DNA of 64,000 nt, from NCBI RefSeq assembly GCF_009914755.1, contig NC_060928.1; one strand, 5' to 3'. The position numbers and the translations under genes were made by a program. Below are positions 12,220 through 25,650 of the stretch, one piece after another; positions within the stretch are counted from its first letter, which is position 1, and each line of letters starts with the position of its first letter. The stretch comes from the human T2T-CHM13v2.0 reference genome, Homo sapiens. Below the pieces are notes generated by a model. That model had not been told where the DNA came from, did not search any database, and saw only the letters and a list, made by a program, of their open reading frames with translations.

Positions 12220-14878
12220 TCATATTGCTGCCCATACCTGGTGTGAGAGTCCCTAAATTCTGATGGGCAGCAATTTAGATCCACATCATCCTGTCCAGGT
12301 CTTTCTCAAAGACAGACTTTAACGGTTCTCTGGAAATGAAAAGCAGCAAGCGTCATAGTATCTAATGGCAATTTAAACAGGCCAGCCAGTGGTCAAGCTG
12401 TCCCATTGGCTAAGTGTATCAAGTCATCCCCATATAAGTGCGTATTAGTTCACACAACAGCACAATGCAAGGATGGGGAAGCATTGCCAAATAGCTGCTG
12501 TGCTCTGCAGTTGTGTAATATTTATCTAACAGCTAATATAATGTCAAGTGACAGTTGAAACAGGCTACTTTCACCTAATCTGTGCATGCTGTATGCAAAA
12601 CAGCTCTGACCCTGGCTTGATTCCTTAAAGCATGTAGGATTTAATTATCTCCCACTGTTATAGAAGTAACGACATGTTACTTAGTGTTTTCAATGCTGAT
12701 AAATAAACTCCTTCTGACAAGTGAGCTAGAAACGCACCCTGTTACAAAGTTGCAATATAAAATGTTGCTGTTTCTAAACTGGGAATTTCCTTTCCTAATG
12801 GTGAAAATGATCCCTAGTCCTTTAAAATGGATAGTTCTGTACTTTCTAAAATATGGTACACCTAGAGCAATGAGATATGCAGTGTCTTTTCTCCAGGTGC
12901 TCATTGGGACGAATTAACAAAAGGAGACTGGGAGCATGAGGAAAGAGAAATAGAGAGATGCCTCTGTGTACTTTATTAACACAGAACTTCAAATAAACAT
13001 TGGTGGGAGTCTCAATACACTTGACTACACACCATCATCTTTATTTCACAGCTAAGGCCCTGGATTTTGAGAGTACAGGAGAGATTTATCTTCAGAGATA
13101 AAATCTCCAGTTTCTCACAATTCACATTCATTTCTCCCATCTTTCTTGAAAGGGTACTCTCTCCTCCCTCCCCAAGAATCACAGATCTGTTCCCTCCTCC
13201 CAGCCCCACCCCCTTTGACTCTCTCTTATTTAACTGACTTTGACATATCTCTAATACTTATTTAGAGCTGCCTGTCACCTCTGTCCACTGCCTCACCCCC
13301 TCACAGATGGGTATTTGCTGCTACACAATGTCACCAGGAAATAAGGTATGGATATTAAAACAAGTGGCACAGAAGACAGCAAAGCCTCAAGTGCAATAGA
13401 TAGAGGGAGATGGAATAAGAGACATTGTCATAAATACACGTAATGTTCAGTGAAGGAGGAGTTGCTCTCGACTGACCTAAATATAACTCCAGGTGTAGGT
13501 GATGTATAAAAATCATCATCTAATTCAATGGGGAAAGGAGGAGGAGGAAAAAAAAATGTGTCCTGGAGCTGTAACTGTCATTCCCTAAGTTGCTATTTCC
13601 CTGTTTTCCAAAGATTCTTTTTGAGAATCTTATGAGTTATAAATCTGTGTTTGTAAATGTGTGGTCCATGATTTGCACTCAATCCAAAGTAATGCTGTGC
13701 TTTGTCTGCCCTACATCTTTAAAACCTTTGAAAGAGTTGCCAACATTTAAAATTAAAATATTTTACCTAAAATGAAGAAAACTGGCTTCTTTAGAAAATT
13801 TCAAAGATCTGACAGTCCTGGATCGGCACTACTTCTGGTAACAATTAGCTGATGCTGAAAACCAACTTTTCCTTACAGTGGAATATATGGTGTCCAGTTG
13901 GCCCCACTTCCCACCAGTCCCAGTTGCCCTCCACCTGACTATGTCATTCATTTGCATGATCTGTGGGCCCATGCATTTCTGATTCCTGCCGTAGACCCTC
14001 TCTCCAGAGAAATGTTTGTATACACAAAATTCACAGTAAAGATTCAGAAGTACATGGAACTCCTGGTAGAGATTATCTGTTATCCAGAGCTCCAAGAGCT
14101 TGGCTGAGTCACCTGTCTCATCTTCAGCTTCCTTTTCTATAGAATAAAGAGTATGCATAATCATTTCAGGTCCCTTTCTCCTTTTGTATTTAAGTGAAAA
14201 GACAAAACCTCTTTCTAAATCAGTACTCAAGATAAGTATGAAAAGCTCAGTTTCAAAAAAAAAACTAAATTCTGTAGACCAATAAAGGAGTCACCACCAA
14301 CAGCACAGACAGTCAAAGACTCTGTAGGAGAAAATTGGCAAGTTTTTAGACACACGCCTCCACCAAATAATCATCCATCCACCACTCTGAACCTTGGAGT
14401 GTCCACTTTGCACAACAGGCAATCATCTGCAGTTTGTCTAAGGAGCAGGGTGTATAGGAAAGCTGTGGGATAAGAAACACAGCCTGAGAAATTTTTCCAG
14501 CAACAGTGCAGTTGTATATGTTCAAGAAGAGAACTCGCGCTGCAGGACTAAATCTCAAGTAAGAAGCTGATAACGTGCCTTAAATTGCTCTGTTGGGCCT
14601 CCTATCCTGCCCTCTTTCCCTCAAATTTTATAAATAACACCTAAATATAAATTAAGCCATTCACATAATGGCTATTTTCTAACGGGTCAGTAATGTGGTG
14701 GAGACATACAAGGAAAGCTGTATTTTGTCCTGCTACTTACAGACTCATAGGCTTTTAGTAACAGAAAGGACTTTCAAGAGGCTCTAATATCCCCTTATTT
14801 TACCAAGGATGCCAAGAACCAGAGCAGGGGAAACATTTTGCCCAAGATGCAGGAGGATCATGCACACCTGACCTCAGG

Positions 14879-14881
<3 letters not shown>

Positions 14882-14914
<33 letters not shown>

Positions 14915-14946
14915 TGTGTGTGTCTGTGTGTGTGTCTGTGTGTGTG
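14882..14946. repeat. (TG)n microsatellite with TC interruptions
   Basis: about 65 bp of TG repeat seen directly. Confidence 0.97.
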
Positions 14947-14984
14947 CATGCATATTTTTGCCTGTAATGCCAACTCCACCATTT

Positions 14985-15222
14985 ATAGCATAACATGGGC
15001 TATAGAACCAGACTGCCTGCATTCAAACTTTGGTTCAGTTCTTACTACCCAAGTCCCAATATTTCCCTTGACTCTGTTTCTTCCTCTATAAAAGTGGAAA
15101 TAATGGAGTGTTTATCTCATACTATTGCATGAAGATAAAATGAGATAAATCATATAAACTACTTGGAACAAGGCCCAACGCATAGTAAAAACTAAGTAAA
15201 TGTTAATTCATTATTTATTATC
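14985..15222 (+). mobile_element. MIR SINE
   Basis: agaaccagactgcctgcattcaaac...ctctgtttcttcctctataaaagtggaaataat...gaagataaaatgagataa...catagtaa. Confidence 0.8.
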
Positions 15223-15584
15223 AGTCTTTTTTTCTGGTCAGACTGAAAACAGTGTGGGATGCAACCAGGTTTACCCTGGGCTCAACCTGTGGGGTTTCTA
15301 TGTACTCACTATGGGTCATTGAACAAGTATCTTAACTACCTTGAAATTTAATTACTGATCAGTGAAATGCTGAGAGAATTCAATGAACAATGTGTATGGA
15401 AATGATCAGTACCATGTCCAACATGTCACAGGTGCGAAGGAAAAATAGTCGTAATAATTAACATTAATATTATCATTAAGTTGCATTGTTTTTGGTTGAA
15501 GGCTGTGGATTTTCTCCTACAGGGAGTAGACGATGTCTTGGAACTCCACCCTTTTTCCACCTTGCAACATACCGATCAGTGCCC

Positions 15585-15810
15585 ATAATAATCACTAAGG
15601 GTTTATTTATCCTCCAGATACTATACTAAGTGCATTTTATATATTAATGCATTGAATCCTCACAGCTACGCTCTGAAATAGGTCATATTATTATCATCCC
15701 CATTTAATAGGTGAGGAGACTGAGGCTTGGAAAATTAAAGTAACTTAGTCAAAGGCCTTCAACGAAAATGGAAACAGCTGGAATTTAACACCAGGCATTG
15801 GACCCCAAGG
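15585..15810 (-). mobile_element. MIR SINE
   Basis: cattgaatcctcacagc...tattattatcatccccatttaataggtgaggagactgaggcttgg...aagtaactt. Confidence 0.8.
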
Positions 15811-16109
15811 CTCCTCAAGGAAAAAAAAATCTGTAGTGCTACTGGATCCCCAAGGAAACAAAATTTATTCTCATAGTAAGCCTTATTTTTGGCCATTTCT
15901 GCCACAGGGTTTGGAAATAAATGGGCAGAGATTTAAAATGACAAAATAAAACAATTTCTTTCATAGAATAAGAAAACTGACAACATTTTCTGAAAAACAT
16001 GACAGTTGAGACACATTGACATGTGGAATATTAACTGCATCGAATCAAATAATCTACCCCAAATCATTATCAAAGTGCCACTTGGAATTTTGTCCTTGTC
16101 AAAATGAAT

Positions 16110-16470
16110 GGCTTCCATTTGTTGAGCACCTATGCCATGCCAGGGACCATCTATGAGCCTTTGAGGAGATGTCATTTAATCCTAATGTCATACAGGTACT
16201 AAATGACAGAGAAAAGACTTGCTCAGGGTCCAGCCCACTTTATGCCCAAGCTCTGTGCACTGTGAGTCAAGGAAGAATACAAAGAGGTTAACAGGGAAGG
16301 TTCTGGAACCAGCTGCCTGCCTTGCAATACTGGCTCCTCATCTCACTACCTGTAGCCATAGAAAGTTATTTATGGTGCTTCTGTTCCCTCTCCTGCAACA
16401 TGGGGGAAATAAGCCTCCTCAGAATGACTGCATGTAAGTTTCTTAGAAAAGCACTCCTCAAAATGCAAGC
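16110..16470. mobile_element. Two degenerate MIR fragments (minus ~16110-16235, plus ~16285-16470)
   Basis: catttgttgagcacctatgccatgccagg...tcatttaatcct; ggttctggaaccagctgcctg...tggctcctcatctcactacctgt. Confidence 0.6.
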
Positions 16471-17169
16471 TGGTCTGTATCCTGTATGTCCCTAGTTCAT
16501 GACCAGATAAGTATGAAATTGACATCTGAGAAAGTTATTTTTATGTCCAATGACTCTAATAATAATAAAACAATAAGACTTGGATTTTCTGTGCCATTTT
16601 TACTTTTATTTTTCTATTAATTTTATTATATGTTAATAAGGCAACAGTCTATGACCGATTAGAATTTTTAGGAAAAAAGAGGAAGAGAGGGAATCCTTTC
16701 CCACAAATAGTTAGAGAAGCAGATTAGATGCTTACATGTTATACATAACCTCAACCAATGTTAGTTATTTATATAATTATTTGCTATGCTGTCCCTCCGT
16801 GTCCTACAAAGAGAACCAAAAATTCAAGCAGCATCAAGATGATAAATTCAAGGACATAGGATGCTGGTAGATTACTGATCAGACTTTGACTCTCTCAGAG
16901 CTCTGGTTCATGATCTATTGGGAGAAACGACTAGGGAATTCTGAAGGTTTTGCTGAGCCAGATCAGTGGGCTCCCATGAAGCCCATAAGTGGAAATGGTG
17001 GAAAACAATTCAATGCCTCAACTTTTTTTCTCCATTCTATGTCCAACATTATCCTATTTTCCCTATAAATCTTCTCACTTGCTTGCCTTAACCTTTCCCA
17101 GGTCCGTTCCTTCTCCTGGATGGTACCTGATGGGATTTATCAGAAGGTTAAAGCAAAGGAAAATCCGGA

Positions 17170-17320
17170 TTGGAAATCTCAGATTGCTATGTAACTGGCT
17201 CTGTGATTTGGGGTGTGGTAAAAATCATCTCGGAGCCTTGATTTCCCAATCTGAATAATTGGAATCATAATGCCTATCTTAGAGGAAGGGTTAAATGGGA
17301 TACCATGTGCAAACATCCAA
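17170..17320 (+). mobile_element. MIR fragment
   Basis: taactggctctgtgatttggg...catctcggagccttgatttcccaatctgaataattggaatcataatgcctatct. Confidence 0.65.
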
Positions 17321-18549
17321 CAGACTTGATTCCCCTTCTCCATCCTCCTTTGCAAAACAGGTAGTACAGTAGTTGGTAGAAGTGGGTGAGGAAAGGGAAC
17401 TGATAAAATCTGAGGACAGGGTCCCTTCACTCTTATTGTTTATTTAAAGTCAGAACTCCAAAACATCGGTAAAACCACAGGAAAAAAAAATATAATACGA
17501 TACATCACTTTTATGTAATTACCAGAGAAAACATCTCAGTGGACAACACCATTTGACTGAAAACCTGAGGAAAATGCCCTATATTAAATAATTTGGGGGG
17601 ATGGCATATGCTGCCAAGTCCTCTCTGTAGAAAAAGGATATGTAAGCCTGTAGAGGGGTCTGCAAGAGGGAACTCATATTTGGGAGAGACTTCCCGTGCA
17701 ACAATCAGCCCCCATGCAGACAGAGTGCCTTTACAAGTGAAGTGAAATAGAGAGACTCTACTGTAAACTAACACTAATAACCTATTGATGAGGACAACAG
17801 ATCATTGACCAACTTGAGTGATTCTAAAAGAACTGAATTAACTGCTACACAATGGTGTTTAACAAACACAGCCAGTATGTGATTGGTTGCAAGTGTCTTT
17901 GCAATGAGTCAGAACTTTTGATTTCAACGAGGGTTGCAGGTGACAGAAGATGAAGTCACCCACAAACAGATATCTGAATGCATCTGAAAACTCCATCCCC
18001 ACTCCTATGCTCTAACACAAAAATGCAGTTGCCACCAGAAAATACAGTTCACATTGGGGGCGTCATTTATAATGGCTGATGCCAATAGTCTGAGAAAGGT
18101 TTACATTCAGTGTAAATAAGTTAGATTTGAGAAGTTAATGAGTTCCACTACCCAAGCTGCTCCTTATTAATTCATACAACTCAAAGACACCCACTAAAAA
18201 TAATACCTTTTGAGCTGTATACCATCTTTATGGAGATCATTAATATTTCCCCGTAATACAGCAGTTACTGTTCCCATTATTTCCCTTGATCACCTTCATG
18301 CTCCTGACCACAGCACCACCTCATCCACAATTCTCACTTGTGTTAAAAATGCCCTCAACTCTCATCAGCCTTCCTTTCTCCAAGTGACCATTGTCTCCAC
18401 ACACCCTCGTGAGACCTCAGCTGAAAAACTGCCTGCCTCATCTCTCTCATATCTCTCTTTCTAATGGGAGACACAGAGTAGACTGGAATGGAAGGTGGAA
18501 GAGAAAAGACGTCTTAAAAACTGCACAAAGACTGGCCTTGAAGCACAGC

Positions 18550-18902
18550 CTCATTCATTTGCTCACTCACTCATTCTTCCAACAAACAGTTGTTTGTGCC
18601 AGGCACTAAGTAAGATATTCAGGATGCAGGAAGCAATTAAAACCTAGTCTCTGCAGGGAAGCAGACAGATATGCAGATGATTGGAGAAAAGGAGGCAGAA
18701 AATGAGGAGTCTCTGAGCTGGGTCTGGAACGATTAGTAGGACTTGCCTGGGAGACGAAAAAGGGATGGGCACAGGAAACCTCACATTGACAAGCAGAGAC
18801 TTGCTCCATTTGGCTCTTTACTATGTCCCTGGCAACAGCACAGAGCTGGGCACACCACAGATGCTCCATAAGTGGTGAGAGACTGAATTAATGAATTAAT
18901 GA
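18550..18902. mobile_element. Two L2 3' end fragments (minus ~18550-18680, plus ~18785-18902)
   Basis: tcattcatttgctcactcactcattc...tgtgccaggcact; gcacagagctgggcacaccacagatgctccataagt...gaattaatgaattaatg. Confidence 0.6.
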
Positions 18903-19271
18903 TACAAAAGGATTCCCACAAGAATCGAATCACTTGCTGCCTATCAGTCCCTTAGAAAGACAAACAGAACCACTTGCATTCCATTTCTGGCCCCTTAATA
19001 GATGAGTTGCTTTATGCTCTCTGCTCTGAGGTATCCCTGATTTCATTTCTTCTGTCACATGACACCTCACCTTTGTTCCCAACTCCCTGTCACCAAGCGA
19101 TAGAGAGAATAGGAAGCGAAGGCTTTTGAATAACAAAATTTATATGTGGTCCCTTCAAATGATCAAACTGTCTAATAAACCTGATAAATTAACTGTGGAC
19201 CTGAGCATCAATACATGGGCAATTGCAGCTCAGCTCTAGTTGACCCGAAAACACAAGGTAAGCATTAAGCA

Positions 19272-19453
19272 AGCATTGTTCAGCCCAGGCACTACTCACA
19301 CTCTGGCTCCGATCATTCTTCGTTGTCTGTCCTACACATTGTTCGATGTTTAACATCATCCCTGGACTCCATCCACTAGATAACAGTAGCACCCCACCCC
19401 TAAATGTCCCTGGGTGGGAAACAGTCAAAGTCACCCCCAACTGAGAACCACTT
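19272..19453 (-). mobile_element. MER20 hAT-Charlie DNA transposon
   Basis: gtcctacacattgttcgatgtttaacatcatccctggactccatccactagataacagtagcacccc...aaatgtccc...ctgagaaccact is the reverse complement of MER20. Confidence 0.9.
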
Positions 19454-19819
19454 CATTAAACTGTGATTAGCAGTAGATGATAGTTCCCCTGGTAATCTTT
19501 CCCTCTGAGAGTCTCCAGTGGTAGGATGCACAATCTCAGAAGACTATCCCAGTATCCCAGTATTAGAAATGACCTTGGACATCATCCAGTCTAACTTAGA
19601 TTTTGCCTATGAGGAAGCTGAAGCCCAGAGAGGGGGAACTGGCTGTCCTCAGACCACAATGCCCATGGTAGCAGAAGCCCCAGGCCTCTTGCCTCCTGTA
19701 ACAGAAGTATTCCACCACACCAAAATCCTGTATGACATTCTTTTTTGAGGCTTCTAAATATAAAGAAAACTAGCATTGATTTAGCAGCGATATAGATGCT
19801 TTCTTATAATAATAATGAT

Positions 19820-20060
19820 GAATAACAATAATAATAAAAACTAACACTCACTAAATAATTGCAAAGCACCAAGCACTTTTCTAAGGACCTTTTTGCATTT
19901 TCTCATAACCTTTTGACATGGAAAAATCACAGAAATCCTGCTAGGTACATATTACCACTTCTATTTTTATAAATGAGGGGCACAAGTGTGCCAAGGCTGA
20001 GAACCTTGCCCACAGTCCCAGAGCAGACCAACTGCAGAGACAGAGCTCACACAGGGGCTC
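19820..20060 (-). mobile_element. MIR SINE
   Basis: aataataataaaaactaacactcact...ccaagcacttttctaagg...tttttataaatgagggg...ccttgcccacagtcc. Confidence 0.6.
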
Positions 20061-20439
20061 CTGGTGGCTTATGGAGCCTCTTGCCTTTCCACTCTGTCAT
20101 GGTGTTCATAGAGCTCACCCAGCTCCCCAAGGGCCAGCTCCCAGCTGACCACTGAGCTACCATTCCTCCTGACTTGTACTAGCTACAATACCAGCTGAGC
20201 CAGGACTGCTCCACCTTCTGGCCTTTCAGACACACTTCCATCTGACATTTGCATTTTTGAGCCATGTTTGGTGACAGCCTTCAGCAGCTGATGGAGTTGA
20301 CGAGGTTCATCTAATCCAACAAGTATTTGCTGAGCTTCTCCTTTGGGGCCAAGCTCTATGCTCAGCATGTCTAGGAATGCTAAGAGGAGTTGGTTTATTT
20401 TTTAGCACATGTCAAAATTTGTCATTGTTGGTTGATTTT

Positions 20440-20572
20440 GTCCACTTTCCCACCAGACACTACACAGGAAGCTCAAAGGGCATGAACCATGTCTGTCCTG
20501 ACCATTCTTGTATCCTCTGAGCCCAGCACAGACCACATGCTCAATAAATGCTGTTAAATCAAACTGAATTTG
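20440..20572 (+). mobile_element. L2 3' end
   Basis: aagctcaaagggcatgaaccatgtctg...tgtatcctctgagcccagcacag...gctcaataaatgctgttaaat. Confidence 0.7.
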
Positions 20573-20809
20573 TGGAACAGCTGCTCTAAGTCGCACACAC
20601 CCTTAGATACTTAATATTATCTCATTTGATATCTCAAAAACCTTACACAAGATATATCTTTATTTTAAGGAGAAAAACCTAGGAGCACTGGCTTTTAAGG
20701 GATTTGTTCAAAGTCACAAAACTTGTATGTAGAATTGTCCTAGCAATGGTTCAGAAGAGGATGTGGTCCAAAGTGAATATACACATGATTCCAAAGAGGC
20801 TGAACAGAC

Positions 20810-21060
20810 TACTGGTTAAAACATAGGCTCAGCGGTCAGACTTCCTAGGTCTGTGTCCCAAGTCCACCACTGATTATCTGTGTGATCTACAACCAGTCAC
20901 CTCCCTGCTTCAGTTTCCTCTTCTGTATAATGGAGGTAATTAGAATAGTCCCTCCCTCAAAGAGTTGAGGTAACAACTAAATGGGTCGATATATACAAAG
21001 TGCTTTAAACATTGTCTGATGTATAATAGCTTATATTTATTTAGCACTTACTGTTTTTAT
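20810..21060 (+). mobile_element. MIR SINE
   Basis: tggttaaaacataggctc...gtcagacttcctaggt...cttcagtttcctcttctgtataatggagg...caaagtgctttaaacattgtctg. Confidence 0.8.
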
Positions 21061-21109
21061 AATAAAGGAGATAGAAGGGATAAACAGATACATAGATGTA
21101 GACAGACAG

Positions 21110-21135
21110 ACACACACACACACACACACACACAC
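21110..21135. repeat. (CA)n microsatellite
   Basis: about 13 AC units preceded by GACA units. Confidence 0.95.
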
Positions 21136-21989
21136 GCATCCACGTACAAATTAAAGAACAGAAGAGCAGTGTAAGAGAGAATCAAGAGTGGCACACAGGT
21201 GAAGTGTCACAGGGGAAAATAATCTTCTCCTGCCCCACAGGAAATAACACTTTGCATTCAGGGTTTTGCTATTCCATTTAGAATTGAAAGAACACATCCT
21301 TGTCTCTGACATAAGCCACCTTTTTTACTAGCATTGAATTCAATTTAGCTTTATATGCTGTTAAAAAAGAAAAAAAACACAATTCCAAAATGCCTTCGAG
21401 TGGATGATAGAGGGAAAAAGGAACATGTACAGGCATACAAAAGCAGTTATTCCTGTCTCATGCTGCTAGCCTGTGTGAAACTGACTAGGCAAAGTTCTGC
21501 AGAAATGGTTTCAAATGGCTGGAAGAGAGGCGGGCTGCGTGGAGCCGGTTGATGGAATGCTTAACTCCAACTCATATTCATTTACTGCTACATTTAAGCT
21601 GCTTTCAAGACAATTTCCCCTCAAAAATAGCATTCATATTAAAATGGCAAAGTTCTGGCTCAGAAGCCTCAGGAATCTGAGTGGTCCGTTTGGCCTTCTT
21701 CTTCCTAAACAAGTGGGTGAGCAGAGTCTTGGATAGGTCAGCAATGTGGTAGCACCATAAATAAATAATTACGTAGGTATCTGCTGGACTTGCAAAAAGT
21801 ATATCCCTAAACAAAGAAGCCTCATTATTTCTCCCCAGGAGTAGCTCAGAAGTCAGTCCTAATGCCTTTTTCTTTCAAGATACTTAAGATAGAGAGAAAA
21901 GAAGCTGTTCAATATCCATATTCTATTTTGTAATGTAAAGTAAGTTAGAGGTGATTGGCCTTCAATAAATGAATCACAAAGTAAAACAA

Positions 21990-22405
21990 AAAAAGGACAC
22001 ATACATTAAATGAAACTCAAAAGACATATCACCCAATACCAACATGTGGGCCTTATTTAGACCCTCATTCAAACAAACTATTAAAACATATGACATTTAT
22101 AAAATAATTGGAAATTTTAACACCAACTGATGATAATAAGACTTACTGTTAAACTTTTCGATGTGATAATGGTATTGTGATTGTTATTCATTAATTGGTA
22201 TTGTGTATGTTATTCATTAAGCATACACAATAAAATATTCACAGGAGAAATAATACTTTGAATTAGCTTCAATGTAATATGGGAGAGGGAAGTAGATTGT
22301 GGTATTGAAGAAGCAAGACTGACCATGAATTGTTAATTCTTGAAGCTGAGTAACAGGTATATCATGATTAATTATAATAACATACTAGTGTGTCTCCATT
22401 TTTAC
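21990..22405 (+). mobile_element. Old L1 (L1ME/L1MC-like) 3' UTR fragment
   Basis: aagacatatcacc...catgtgggccttatttagaccctcattcaaacaaac...gatgtgataatggtattgtg...gaccatgaattgttaattcttgaagctgag. Confidence 0.7.
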
Positions 22406-22959
22406 ATGCTAGATGATGACAGTGGAATAGATAGATTAATTTTTAAAGAAGCAAGAAGAAAAGACATTTTAAAGTAAGTGATTGAGAATAAAGACAAAAT
22501 GGCTTTTGCTCCCTTTGATCCAAGAGTGATGCATACAGAAACCAAAGTGGCACATACAGTCATCGACAGCTGGTCTCAAGTCTGTTGGGAAGCATCTGGA
22601 CAATATGGAAAAGCTGCTTTGAAGACAATGACATGGAGCACTGAGAACAGCTCTGCAGCATGTGGCCAATTCTGCCCTCCTATAAAGAAACTTGCAGCCA
22701 CAGCTAATTCTTCCTCCTCTTTTTTCAGATTGTAATCTCCACAAGATAGACCACTACTAGGACTGGATTTTGCTCATTGCTCTGCTTCAGGAGAGCAATA
22801 CATGATATCCGGGAGATAGTATATGTGTGGCAAACACTTGTTGAAACTAACAGGGCAGTCCATAGGCATGTAATAGTATGTGTTTATAGCCCATAAATTA
22901 AATTAAATATTAATTTTTCATCATTACATAATAGAAACAATTGTTTTAAAAAAAACTTT

Positions 22960-23297
22960 GGACCAGGTGTGGTGGCACACGTCTGTAATCCCAGCACTTT
23001 GGGAGGCTGGGGCGGGCAGATCCCTTGAGGTCAGGAGTTCGAGACCAGATGGGCCAACATGGTTAAACCCCGTCTCTACTAAAAATACAAAAAATTAGCC
23101 GGGTGTGGTGGTGTGCCCCTGTAGTCCCAGCTACTCAGGAGGCTGAGGCACAAGAATTGTTTGAACCTGGGAGAAGGAGGTTGGGTTGCAGCGAGCCGAG
23201 ATCGCGCCATCACATTCCAGCCTGGGCGATGGAGCAAGATTCTGTCTCAAAAAATAATAATAATAAATAAAATAAAAAATAAAATAAAAATAAAAAA
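22960..23297 (+). mobile_element. AluS (Sx/Sz-like), full length
   Basis: Dimeric Alu with mixed A/T tail; TSD AAAAAACTTTGG at ~22950 and ~23292. Confidence 0.97.
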
Positions 23298-23347
23298 CTT
23301 TGGAAATATGAGTAATTTTTGTAGGTAGAGCTTCATATAGCTTAAAC

Positions 23348-23606
23348 CAATGTTTCCCAAATTATGAGTAGCATGATGGTACACAGGCAGTTTTGTGTGG
23401 TTCACAAACAACTTTTCTTTGGGAGTTATAGATTTATTTTTAATATTTATTAAGACAAAGGTAACTGGCGTTTATATAGATGCAATAGTTTAGGAAAAGT
23501 CTGCAATCCTTTATGTTTTACATGATTAAGTAAACATTAGCATGGTTGGGAAAGAACTATAACAAAAGTGCTAGAAGTTACTATTCATAAGCTTGAAAAA
23601 TTGTGG
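23348..23606. mobile_element. Probable hAT-Charlie DNA transposon fossil
   Basis: Begins caatgtttcccaaa, ends aagcttgaaaaattgtgg, flanked by gcttaaac/acttaaat (hAT-like 8-bp TSD); family not identified. Confidence 0.45.
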
Positions 23607-23689
23607 ACTTAAATATGAGTAAACGATGTTAAATGATGTTATCCCAGAGAATAGCTACGTGTTTACTTCCCATAACTGCCCCTCTTGGA

Positions 23690-23885
23690 TAGCAAAGTGT
23701 TTTAGAATGTGGACTTTGGAACCAGACTACCTAGGTTCCAATCCTCTCTTTGACGCTGACTAGCTGCATAACCTTGGGCAAGTTACTGTGCCTCAATTTC
23801 CTCGTCTGTGAAATAGGGATAGTAATATTGCCTATCTCATAGAGTTATTGTGAGAATTAAATAGAAAGCATTTAGATAGAGAATA
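23690..23885 (+). mobile_element. MIR SINE (3' piece continues ~24583-24650)
   Basis: ggactttggaaccagactacctaggttccaatcc...accttgggcaagttactgtgcctcaatttcctcgtctgtgaaatagggat. Confidence 0.9.
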
Positions 23886-24580
23886 GAAAAGAAATACTAC
23901 CATATATTCATCTGCAGGGCTGACATTTAAAAGACTGACAATAATAAGAGTTGACATAAAGGTAGAGAGACTAGAACTCTTACACACTGCTAGTGAGAAT
24001 GTAAATAATTTCAACCACTGTGCAAAACCACTTGGCAGTGTTTACTAAGCTAAACACATGCCTACCCTATAATCCTGAAATTGCACTCCTGGGTTTATAT
24101 CCAAGAGAACTGAATATGTACATCCACCGAAGCTCATGTATGAACATATTTATAGCAGCTTTAATTACATGAACTCCAAACTGGAAACAAAATGTCCATC
24201 AACAGGAGAGGGACGAAGTGAAATGTGATAAATTAACACAATGAAACACTACATGGCAATAAAAATAGTGAATCACAAATATATGTAAGAACATAGAAAA
24301 ATCTTACAGACTTTTTGTAGTAAAAAAAAAAAGATGAGAAACAAAAGAGTAATGATTCCATTTCTGTGAAGTATAAGAACAGACAGACAAATTGATAATG
24401 ATAGAATTAACCTCAGGGGGTGATTGCCACTTGGGTAGGGTATTGAATTGAAAGGGGAACAAGGGAAACTTCTGGCATGTTGGAGATATTATGTACACAT
24501 GCAAATATCCTTTCAGCTGTATAACTAAGATTAATGTACTTTATACACTTTACTTTTTGTACACAAATCAAAAATAAATG
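23886..24580 (+). mobile_element. 5'-truncated old L1 (L1ME-like), ORF2 end plus 3' UTR
   Basis: aaagactgacaata...gaactcttacacactgctagtgagaatgtaaa...aattgcactcctgggtttatatccaagagaa...aaactggaaacaaaatgtccatcaacagg. Confidence 0.85.
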
Positions 24581-24819
24581 TCAATGTCCAGTACTTAGAA
24601 CAACGTCAGGTACTTACTGAGCACTATGGAAGTATTTGCTATTAATATTGGCTCATATTTGCTAGTTATCTACACATTTAAAAGAGTTTACAAGCATGTC
24701 TCAAGAGCTTAAATGTGTTATGATGATACAAACATTGTCAAATAAAGTTCCCATCCTGAAGAATGGACAAGTTATTTGGGAGTCCTGCTAAGCAGTTCCA
24801 GCCACCTCTCTGGAAGCAT

Positions 24820-25015
24820 CATGGCTAGCAAGTAAACAGGCTCTGAAGTCAGAAAAACCTTCCTTAAATTTTGTTCTGTCATTTACTAACCTTGGCAATA
24901 TTACCTAACATCCAGAGTTTCTGTTTCTTTATTTTTAATATATAGCTGATAATAGAAGCTACTTCATATGGTCTTTCTGAGATATTAGAAAAAGTTAGCT
25001 ACTATTACTATTATT
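24820..25015 (+). mobile_element. MIR SINE
   Basis: caggctctgaagtcagaaaaacct...tctgtcatttactaaccttggcaatattacctaac. Confidence 0.7.
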
Positions 25016-25499
25016 AGATTCATTTGATCTTTAACTTTCAGAGAAAAATGATGAAGGCTAAAGCTGGGAATTTTACAGTCATTAATTACATTTGAGTTAG
25101 CTACCTTCTTCCCGAGCTCACCTTCATTTGACTCATTTCAGAATATTTAAGTAGAAATTACCTAAGAAAGGCCACAAGATCTTTTCAGATCACATAGAAG
25201 CATCAACTCCAAATTATTTACAGCCATGCTTGTAAAACCTGTAAATAGAGCCGTCTATTATAATTTTATTTTTAAGTACTATCTCTATTAATAGCAGAGA
25301 AAGCAGGGCATCCCTTGTTGAATGTTTGCATTCATCTCCTGATTACCGACAGATTTCCAATAACATAAGAGAAAAATCAGTGGAAGCATCTGTACATGTG
25401 AATGTGTATTGCACCCGCACTTGTGTATGCGTCTTGCCAAACCTCTTTGTATCCATGACATGCTGTGTAAATATACTTTTATCACTGGGTATATCACAG

Positions 25500-25650
25500 T
25501 ATAGCTCCTTTATCCATTTACCTGGCTGTCATCCCCACTAGGTTCTAAATACTAAAAAGCAGAAACCACAGCTTGCTCATCCCATACCCACCAGAGCTTA
25601 GCTTGGTGCCTGATAAAAAGTAGGCACTCAAAAATTTTGTGTTGACCTAA
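25500..25650 (+). mobile_element. L2 3' end
   Basis: ccccactaggttctaa...ccagagcttagcttggtgcctgataaaaagtaggcactcaaaaatttt. Confidence 0.65.
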
